Below, one piece after another: positions 57,283 through 64,000 of a stretch of 64,000 bases of DNA. Position 1 is the first letter of the stretch. Each line of letters begins with the position of its first letter. The notes beneath the pieces were generated by a model, which did not search any database, was not told the origin of the DNA, and worked only from the letters and a program-made list of their open reading frames with translations. The translations under genes were made by a program, and so were the position numbers. Source of the DNA: Candidatus Eiseniibacteriota bacterium (GTDB taxonomy: Bacteria; Eisenbacteria; RBG-16-71-46); assembly GCA_963717505.1 (NCBI GenBank), contig OY970342.1, positions 128,001 to 192,000 of the forward strand, in the 5' to 3' direction.

Positions 57283-58701
57283 CTAGCGAATCAGCGTCAC
57301 TGTCCTCGATCCCACGCGGGATCCGGACTCGAGCCGGACCACGTAGATGCCCGAAGGCATTACTCTGCCCTGGGAGTCTCGGCCGTTCCAGGTGAGAGTG
57401 TGGGGGCCCGCCGCGAACTTCTGGTCGGAAAGGACATTCAAGCGCCGGCCGGTCAGGTCATAGATTCCGATCTTGACCCGTCCCTCGAGCTTGAGCGCAA
57501 ACGAGAGAGTCGTCAGCGAATTCGACGGGTTGGGATGGACACCGGTGAGCATCGTCTGGCCGTCGACGGCACCCGGGTCCACCGACGCCGTTCCGTCGTC
57601 CACCGTCCACATCAATGCATGATCCAGATTGTCCCCGGCGACAGTGCCGGTGCCGATGATCTGACCACGATTGTTGATTCCCTTCGCGACACTGTAGTGG
57701 CCCCCCGGCCAAACGCCGAGGTCGATTGCCTCGCCGTTGCGCCAGAGGATCGCATGCGCGTCGATGTTCGGGGAGCCGGCGTATCCTGCTACGTCGCCGC
57801 GATTATTCACCGCGGTTGGCGTCGCGGAGAAGAATCCGGAAGGCATCGGCAGCTGATTGATCGTCGGCGTGCTGTTGGGGTTTGAAATGTCATATCCCCA
57901 GGTGACCGGATAGATGTTGCTCTTCCCGGCAATCAAACCCGTATTGCTGATCGCGTAGGCTTCGCTTACGACCTGACCGCTCAGCCCACCGAGGCCGATC
58001 ATCTGACCATTGCGCCAGAGGAACCCGCGAATCAGCGAGCCGACCGCGCCGTTGCCGACCACGTGGCTCAAATCGTTGATGCCGTAGGCTTCGCTGTAGT
58101 TCAAAGGAGTGCCTTGACCCAAGAAACCTAGATCAATGGCCTCTGTGTCCTTGTTGGGCCACAGAACGGCGTGCGTGTAGTAGTTCGGTGCGCCCTCCTT
58201 ACCCGTACCCACGAGCTGGCCCAGATTGTTGATGCCGTGAGCCCTGGTGTGAAGGCCTCCGTAGAAGGGGTCAACGCCCGCCATCGCGGGTAGTTCGAAG
58301 GCGTCCCCGGCGGAATTCCAGTAGACGCCTTGGTACACATTGTCACCATAAACCTCGCTGCCAGCCATTTCTCTGCTGTCATTGATGTGCTCCGGGATCG
58401 CAGTGCTGGCGGGACTCATGTTCTCCGCCATACCCACGATGGCTCCGGAGTTTGCGTTCCAAAATGGTCGCAGCAGGGCGAAGGTATTGTCGTTCGCCAA
58501 ACCAACGGCGATCGGCTCGTTGTTGATCGCCAATCCGCTTGACCCGGTCCCTTGGGGAAGCAGTCCGAGGTCGGTAATGATGATCCGTGACCCGCCGGGG
58601 GAATACTGGATCGACTTCTCCGCCTCGGCGCTGGAGATCGACAGGGTGCTTGCGACGGCCGTGACGACGATGACGTTCTTGACCCAGCGCGGGGATGGCA
58701 T
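57283..58701 (-). CDS. Secreted HAF-repeat protein with FlgD-Ig CTD
   Basis: Repeated DLG...SxAxGINxxGxxVG...HAxLW units; PNP...IYDLTGRR...WNGRDSQG...SGIYVVRL; GGAGG RBS. Confidence 0.85.
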   Translation of the reverse strand: MPSPRWVKNVIVVTAVASTLSISSAEAEKSIQYSPGGSRIIITDLGLLPQGTGSSGLAINNEPIAVGLANDNTFALLRPFWNANSGAIVGMAENMSPASTAIPEHINDSREMAGSEVYGDNVYQGVYWNSAGDAFELPAMAGVDPFYGGLHTRAHGINNLGQLVGTGKEGAPNYYTHAVLWPNKDTEAIDLGFLGQGTPLNYSEAYGINDLSHVVGNGAVGSLIRGFLWRNGQMIGLGGLSGQVVSEAYAISNTGLIAGKSNIYPVTWGYDISNPNSTPTINQLPMPSGFFSATPTAVNNRGDVAGYAGSPNIDAHAILWRNGEAIDLGVWPGGHYSVAKGINNRGQIIGTGTVAGDNLDHALMWTVDDGTASVDPGAVDGQTMLTGVHPNPSNSLTTLSFALKLEGRVKIGIYDLTGRRLNVLSDQKFAAGPHTLTWNGRDSQGRVMPSGIYVVRLESGSRVGSRTVTLIR

Positions 58702-59156
58702 CGCGATACCTCCATTTCCAGGGTAAATGCCTGGTCGCCAGGTGTCGGCGAATCCGTCGGCATCTGGAGGGGTCGTTGCCCGTCACGTTTCTGGCGGGAG
58801 ACCAGAATACAACTTTGGCAGCGGTGTCCAGCCAACAAATCATCGAGCAACCTGTGTGCCCGACCGCATGCGCGACATGCCTTGGGGCAAGTCCTTTCAT
58901 CGCATGACGGGGAACCGCGGCTCGGCGTCTCGTGAACCGCGGTGAGTCGGCCGGCCGCTGTCAACTTGGCAGCCGAATCGGAAATCCTGTCAGGGCCGCC
59001 CTGATCGCGGCCCTCATGCCGCGGCGCAAGTAGGGGCACCACTGAACGTCTCCCGACAATGAGAGGATCGCCATTGCCACGGGGCGATCGCGCCGATACC
59101 TTCAAGGCAGCGAGTCGGCTCCTTCCGGTTCGCCCGCGGAGGATCGAGGAGGTGCC

Positions 59157-59435
59157 ATGAGCGTTGGGTCTGTGTCCGTCGCTCCGGCGGTGTCGCCGGC
59201 ATCCACGAACGATCGCCCCGCTCATCCTTCACGCACGCGCGCCTGCATCGCGCTCGGGCTGCTCATCGCGCTCGTGCTTCAGGCCGGCGTTGCACTGATG
59301 ACGCCGCGCGATCGCTGGACCGAGGATCGGGCGAGCATGAAGGCGCTGCGGCATGGCGCGGCCACGGTGAGCGTACCCGGGCAGGTCGCCAAGCCGGGCG
59401 TCAATGCAAAGGGCGAGATCGACCCGAATTGCTGA
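59157..59435 (+). CDS. Small hypothetical single-TM protein
   Basis: GAGGAGGT RBS before ATG; hydrophobic segment IALGLLIALVLQAGVAL. Confidence 0.55.
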   Translation: MSVGSVSVAPAVSPASTNDRPAHPSRTRACIALGLLIALVLQAGVALMTPRDRWTEDRASMKALRHGAATVSVPGQVAKPGVNAKGEIDPNC

Positions 59436-59482
59436 CGACGCCGCCGCGGCCAGGGGGTGATCGTGCACCGTCAGCTCAACGC

Positions 59483-60376
59483 GTGACCCACCGCTGCCAG
59501 CACGGGACGCGCCGGTCGAGATGGGGATCGAGCGGGCTGCTCCTTCTCGCCGCACTTGCGTCAGGCTGTGGCGTCGCTGTCCCGCTCGAGATCCAGCCGT
59601 TCAGGATCGAGTCGAGCGACTGGTACCCCGCATGGTCTCCGGATGGTACGCACATTGCCTACCTCCACTACGCGTCCGAGTCGTATCAAGGCGTCTGGCT
59701 CGTGGACAGCGCGGGCGCCGCGCCCCACCAGATCGTGCCGGGCGCCTGGCAGAGCCTCGATTGGTCGCCCGATGGGACGCATCTCGCGCTTGGCGGGAAC
59801 GGCATCTATTCCGTCAACGTGAACGGCGGTCCGCCCCAGGCGATCACGACGTTCGGTTTGTTGCCGCGCTGGTCGCCCACCGGCAACGAGCTTGCCTTTC
59901 AGAGTTACGACACGAGCGGCGTCGGAAGCATCGGGCTCGTGTCGCAGGACGGCAGCGCGCTGCGAGCGCTCGCGCCACCAGACACCGAGAGCTGGAGCGA
60001 GCCTGACTGGTCTCCGGACGGCACGCACCTCGTCCACGTTCGCAGGCTGCCGCGCGACGGCCAGTCGGATCTCTTCGTGATGGACACGACCGGCCATGCC
60101 GCGGTGCGACTCACAACGGACGGCAACGAAGACCGCGGGCCCGTGTGGTCGCCGGACGGACAGTGGATCGCCTGGAGCATCGGGACGTTCCCGCCCTCGA
60201 ACGAACTCTGGCTCATGAAGCCCGACGGCACGGGAGCCCACATGTTGGCCTACGGCGGGGATCCGTCATGGTCGCCGGACTCGCGTCAGCTCGTATACAG
60301 CGTGCTCCAGTTCAATATCGTCCGGCTCTTCGCGATCGACATCACGACATCGCGAGTCAGGCAGATCACGCGATAG
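59483..60376 (+). CDS. TolB-like PD40/WD40 beta-propeller lipoprotein (start uncertain)
   Basis: Lipobox LASGC; six (P/D)xWSPDG-type repeats. Confidence 0.85.
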   Translation: MTHRCQHGTRRSRWGSSGLLLLAALASGCGVAVPLEIQPFRIESSDWYPAWSPDGTHIAYLHYASESYQGVWLVDSAGAAPHQIVPGAWQSLDWSPDGTHLALGGNGIYSVNVNGGPPQAITTFGLLPRWSPTGNELAFQSYDTSGVGSIGLVSQDGSALRALAPPDTESWSEPDWSPDGTHLVHVRRLPRDGQSDLFVMDTTGHAAVRLTTDGNEDRGPVWSPDGQWIAWSIGTFPPSNELWLMKPDGTGAHMLAYGGDPSWSPDSRQLVYSVLQFNIVRLFAIDITTSRVRQITR

Positions 60377-60381
60377 GCCGC

Positions 60382-60432
60382 CGCCGCGTCTTTAGCTCGA
60401 GATTGAAGGTTCGATTCCTTCGCGGCGTACCA
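60382..60432 (+). other. tRNA 3'-half fragment / tRNA-like minihelix
   Basis: T-arm GAAGG-TTCGATT-CCTTC (60405-60421), acceptor strand GCGGCGT, discriminator A, CCA; no full D or anticodon arm. Confidence 0.7.
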
Positions 60433-60475
60433 CTCTCCTCGCCCAACTGAGTCGCGATCCGGCCTGGTGTGCGGG

Positions 60476-61456
60476 CTACCTCCCCTGCTCTTCGCCCGGA
60501 TGAACGGTGTCTGCGGGCGCCCAGAATCGACTGAACTTGGCCCACCAAGCCCCAACGACTTCAGGCGCGGGAATGCCAGGCTTGTCGTAGAAGGTGATGT
60601 ATTCGCCACCCGTTCGGGCCAGAATCCGCTCGTCTTGTGTCGAATACATCAAGGCTTCCTGGACTCGTTCGCGCACGAACGGATTCGGGTCCGCGATCCG
60701 ATCGACGAGTACCGGCACGACCCCGGGGCCCATTCTTCCCAGTCTCTCGGAAGCGTCCCAGAAGACGATCTCGACTTCGGAACAGCCACCGATCGAGTAG
60801 AAGGATGTGTCGGGGAGTTTTGCGACGTAGTGCGCCAGCGTATCGGGGTCGATCTGCAGCTCGCTCGGACTGAATGCAACCAAAATTGGTGTCGGCTTAG
60901 GTATCCCGACGGCCATGACGCTTTCGGCCCATGCCTGCCCTCGCGCCATCTCCGCCCGCTGCGCGACGCCTCCGGGCCGATCGACCCAGCGTGAGAACTC
61001 CAGAGTGCCCTGATGGGTTTCGAGGCTGTCACGCAAGACTCGTTGCCGAAGCATGGAGGCCGCCTGGTCCGCAAAGCGCGCCGCCCGCTTCCTGCCGGGA
61101 GAACCCGAACGCATGCCGACCACCCACACGTCCGGGTAATGCCCGGTCGCGGCCGACGCTTCCCGATACATGCGCCCGAGCTGCGGAGGCGCGAACGTGT
61201 CGTGCTGAGGAACGTCGGGGTGCCGAAAGGGGATTACCTCGATCGCTTTTGGCAGTCTCGAGCGAAGGAAATCAAAGAGCTCTTGATCGAACAGAACGAG
61301 CACGGCCGTGCTGTCCGGAATACTGGTCGACGCGATCCTCGCGGCCAGGACGCGCCATGGCTCCTGGCGCGCATGGCTGCAGGAGAGCATTCCGACGCAG
61401 GCCGAGAGCAAAAGAAAGGCAGCGAGTGCTCGGGCCTGTGGCATGGTCGCGCTCAT
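60476..61456 (-). CDS. Hypothetical lipoprotein with C-terminal HEAT-like repeat (start uncertain)
   Basis: Lipobox-like MLSC; LGRMGPGVVPVLVDRIADPNPFVRERVQEAL HEAT pattern. Confidence 0.6.
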   Translation of the reverse strand: MSATMPQARALAAFLLLSACVGMLSCSHARQEPWRVLAARIASTSIPDSTAVLVLFDQELFDFLRSRLPKAIEVIPFRHPDVPQHDTFAPPQLGRMYREASAATGHYPDVWVVGMRSGSPGRKRAARFADQAASMLRQRVLRDSLETHQGTLEFSRWVDRPGGVAQRAEMARGQAWAESVMAVGIPKPTPILVAFSPSELQIDPDTLAHYVAKLPDTSFYSIGGCSEVEIVFWDASERLGRMGPGVVPVLVDRIADPNPFVRERVQEALMYSTQDERILARTGGEYITFYDKPGIPAPEVVGAWWAKFSRFWAPADTVHPGEEQGR

Positions 61457-61543
61457 CCCACTGGTTTTCGGCATCGGCCCGACGGTTTGCCAGCGGAGGC
61501 CAGGCGCCGACCCTACCACCGGGGAGACCGGCGGACTCTCGAC

Positions 61544-62233
61544 CTACAGCGCCCGCGCCCACTCCATCAGCAGATCCCGCTGCGTGAGATCGTCGAGCAT
61601 CAGATCGGGACCAAGGGCTTCCAGCTCTTCGCGACGCCGGGAACCCGTCGCCACCGCCACGACATGCGCGCCTGCGGCCCGCGCGCAGGCGATGTCGTGC
61701 TCGGTGTCGCCGACCACGACGCAGCGCGACGGCGACACGCCGTAGTCCCGCTCGAGACGCTCGACCGCCAGACAGGCGAGCGCATTGCGGTCGTGGGCTT
61801 CCTCCCCGTAGTTCCCGAAGCGAAAGCGATCAGCAATCGCGAAGTGCTCGAGCTTGATGCGCGCCATGCCAGTCATGTTGCCGGTGAGCAGGCCCATCAC
61901 CCAGCCCGGCTCGCGCTCGATCGCGTCGAGCACCTCGGGGACTCCGGCAAGCAGCCGGCCTCGCCCAGGAACGAGCCGAGCCCGCATGTGCACGAACACC
62001 GACTCCCAGAAGCGCTCCTCTTCGCCATTCGCGAACTTCTGGCCGTGCTTCTTCAGGATGTCGGCGAGGATCAGCGGCTCGGTTCGGCCGGCGAAGGCGA
62101 TGTCGCGCAGATCGTCGGCGGTGCCGAACTGATCGGCAACGGCGGCGGCGAATGCCTCTCGCGCCGCACCTTCGGTGAGCAGCAGCGTGCCATCGACGTC
62201 GAGCAGCCAGGCGAGCCTGGCGGGGGTCGTCAC
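61544..62233 (-). CDS. HAD family hydrolase (phosphoglycolate phosphatase-like)
   Basis: LDVDGTL, LLTGN, VVGDTEHDI..AR.AG, VATG. Confidence 0.9.
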   Translation of the reverse strand: MTTPARLAWLLDVDGTLLLTEGAAREAFAAAVADQFGTADDLRDIAFAGRTEPLILADILKKHGQKFANGEEERFWESVFVHMRARLVPGRGRLLAGVPEVLDAIEREPGWVMGLLTGNMTGMARIKLEHFAIADRFRFGNYGEEAHDRNALACLAVERLERDYGVSPSRCVVVGDTEHDIACARAAGAHVVAVATGSRRREELEALGPDLMLDDLTQRDLLMEWARAL

Positions 62234-62243
62234 TCGCGGGCTC

Positions 62244-63365
62244 TCACGGGCCCGCCGTCGCGCCGCCGCGGAAACGCACGATCTGATCCTTGAGGTACTG
62301 GTTCTTGGGATCGAGGCGCGCCGCGCGCGTTTCGACCTCGATCGCCTTGGCGGAATCGCCTGAACGAAAGTAGACCTCGGCGAGCGTGTCGAGGATGTCC
62401 ACGTTCTTGGGCTCGAGGGCGACGCCGCGCTCGGCCGCGAGTCGTGCCTGGTCGAGGAAGATCCCGCGCGTCGCGCACGACCAGGCGAGTCCGTTGAGCA
62501 ACGATGCGTCCTTTTCGCGCCGGGCCAGCGCCCGGTCGAGTGTCTCGCGTACCCGATCGCGCTCGACCGCCGCGAGATCTTCACGGCCGGCTCGGTCGTA
62601 CTGCTCGGCGTATTCGAGGTGAGCCGCCGCGCCGTGGAAGCCTTCGTGGATCTGCCACACGCGCCGGATCTCCTTGATCGCGTTCGGATGATCTTCGACG
62701 CGCAAATCCACATAGCGATGGGCGTGCTCCGGACGACCGCCGGGACGCACGACGATCAGGGCCGCCGACTGCATGCCGCGCTTGTCGCCACCGGCGGCCT
62801 GACCCGCCTCGAGCGACGCGATCAGACGCTCGGCCAACTCACCCTTCGACTCCAGGAAGCCGCGGGCCATGCCTGAGGCCACCGCGGGACCCGCGAGGAT
62901 GTTCCCTTGCACCGCGAATCCGGGCCCGGTTTCGCCGCCCGCCCAGTCCATGCATTTGGGTCCGGTCCAGTTGGCCGCGCGACCGCGGGCATCGACCACC
63001 GCCACCTGACGCGACTGCCATCCCGCCGAGTCGTTGGCGGCCAACGCGCGCAGAACATGGTCCGCCGACATCCCGCTTCGGAGCATCGCCAGAGCCTGCG
63101 GCCCGAAGGACGGGTTGACCGACGCCTGGGTTGCGACGGCGCCTACGCCTGCCTCGGCCCACGGGACCACGAGGCCGACGCTGAAGTACTTGGATTGGAC
63201 CGCGACGCCCAACTCTTGAGTCACCGAGTCGTACGCCACGATCGAAAAAGTGGAGGGATCGTTACGCGCCGACGCGGTCGCGCACAGGGCCGCAAGCAGC
63301 ACCGCAGACAGAAGCCCGGTGAGCGACAGCATACGACGTTGGCTCGAATGTTTCGCGAGGCTCAT
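62244..63365 (-). CDS. DUF1028 (Ntn-hydrolase-like) protein with C-terminal TPR
   Basis: TFSIVAYD...GVAVQSKYFSVG..VPW...GAVATQ, VQGNIL, GGDKRG.QSAA, DLRVEDH; TPR (ILDTLAEVY). Confidence 0.9.
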   Translation of the reverse strand: MSLAKHSSQRRMLSLTGLLSAVLLAALCATASARNDPSTFSIVAYDSVTQELGVAVQSKYFSVGLVVPWAEAGVGAVATQASVNPSFGPQALAMLRSGMSADHVLRALAANDSAGWQSRQVAVVDARGRAANWTGPKCMDWAGGETGPGFAVQGNILAGPAVASGMARGFLESKGELAERLIASLEAGQAAGGDKRGMQSAALIVVRPGGRPEHAHRYVDLRVEDHPNAIKEIRRVWQIHEGFHGAAAHLEYAEQYDRAGREDLAAVERDRVRETLDRALARREKDASLLNGLAWSCATRGIFLDQARLAAERGVALEPKNVDILDTLAEVYFRSGDSAKAIEVETRAARLDPKNQYLKDQIVRFRGGATAGP

Positions 63366-63409
63366 GGGTTTGCTCCTGAAGCGATGGGCGTCCGTCGTGG
63401 TCGAGGGCG

Positions 63410-63423
63410 CCATGCTAGCATGG
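63410..63423. promoter_or_regulatory. Palindromic bidirectional extended -10 element
   Basis: CCATGCTAGCATGG reads TG-N-TAGCAT on both strands, between divergent genes. Confidence 0.5.
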
Positions 63424-63457
63424 TGCTTCGCTCTGGTTCGTCCTTGCGAGGATCCCT

Positions 63458-64000
63458 GTGGATTTCGAGCCCCGTTCTCTTTCGTCACCTCGACTTCGGC
63501 CACCGGTAGTTGCGTTCCTCATGGCATGGATCGCGCTGCTGGCCATTGCCGCGTGCGCGGGAACAACCAGCGGCAAGGACGCACCCAAGACGCAACCGGC
63601 GCCGAGCACGAACAAAACTGCGCCCCCGCGCGTCGGGATTCCTGACCCTGCCCGGCTCACGATCGCCGAGTCCGAGATCCCGACCGACGCCGAGTTCAAT
63701 TGGTCGGTCACGCTCGAGATCGTGAACGCCGGCGACTCGGGCCTCTACCTGGACAGTTTGTTCTGTCTGGTCGAGGACCTCGATCCGGGCGAGACGCGCA
63801 TGCCGCGCAACCACACGCTCGACCTGCGATCACTGACCAAGCTGACGCCGTCACTGTCGGCCGGTGACGGCAACGTCATCCAGCACACCGGCCCCGCGAC
63901 CGCCGAGCACGCCAAGCTGACCTACACGATGCACTGTCATCGCTCGGTCGGTGCTCCGTTCACCTTGACCGTGGGCGTCGAAGCCAAGCCGGCTGGCTCG
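63458..64000 (+). CDS. Hypothetical lipoprotein, partial (runs off window; not in ORF track)
   Basis: GAGGA RBS plus GTG 63458; frame open to window end; lipobox IAAC; host-like codon usage. Confidence 0.7.
   Translation, partial: MDFEPRSLSSPRLRPPVVAFLMAWIALLAIAACAGTTSGKDAPKTQPAPSTNKTAPPRVGIPDPARLTIAESEIPTDAEFNWSVTLEIVNAGDSGLYLDSLFCLVEDLDPGETRMPRNHTLDLRSLTKLTPSLSAGDGNVIQHTGPATAEHAKLTYTMHCHRSVGAPFTLTVGVEAKPAGS

Noticed and set aside
58702-59156. ORFs or structured RNA in the long intergenic region
   Set aside because: No recognisable protein or riboswitch motif by eye; an Infernal/Rfam scan would be needed.
63510-63725. ORF-track 71-aa ORF
   Set aside because: Wrong frame; the better frame begins at 63458 and stays open to the window end.
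1-64000. CRISPR array, rRNA or intact tRNA
   Set aside because: No regularly spaced direct repeats with unique spacers, no rRNA-like stretch, and only a tRNA 3' fragment at 60405-60432.

Overview
High-GC bacterial chromosomal segment, densely coding (about 57 CDS). Five secreted proteins end in FlgD-Ig/T9SS-like C-terminal domains, and there are TPR Ser/Thr kinases and a TIGR02999-type ECF sigma factor; this resembles FCB-group candidate phyla such as Ca. Eisenbacteria (inference, not verified). Most genes are accessory or housekeeping: peptidases, hydrolases, RecQ, Uup, a sulfatase, an ABC exporter, lrp-lat, thrH and regulators. The highlight is a complete IS110-family (IS1111-type) element at 53661-55234. 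Its 12-bp sub-terminal inverted repeats, AG/CT core, empty target site and candidate right-end bridge RNA can all be read from the sequence, and the two predicted guide loops match the reconstructed target and donor. The element sits in the stop codon of a host gene and supplies a replacement stop. Other points: a histidine-free truncated-globin-like lipoprotein, a tRNA 3'-half/minihelix-like element, many apparently leaderless genes, clear TetR/ArsR/Lrp operator candidates, a rhomboid remnant, and three single-base frameshifts that may be assembly errors. No rRNA, intact tRNA or CRISPR array was seen. All family calls come from motif recognition by eye; no database searches were run.
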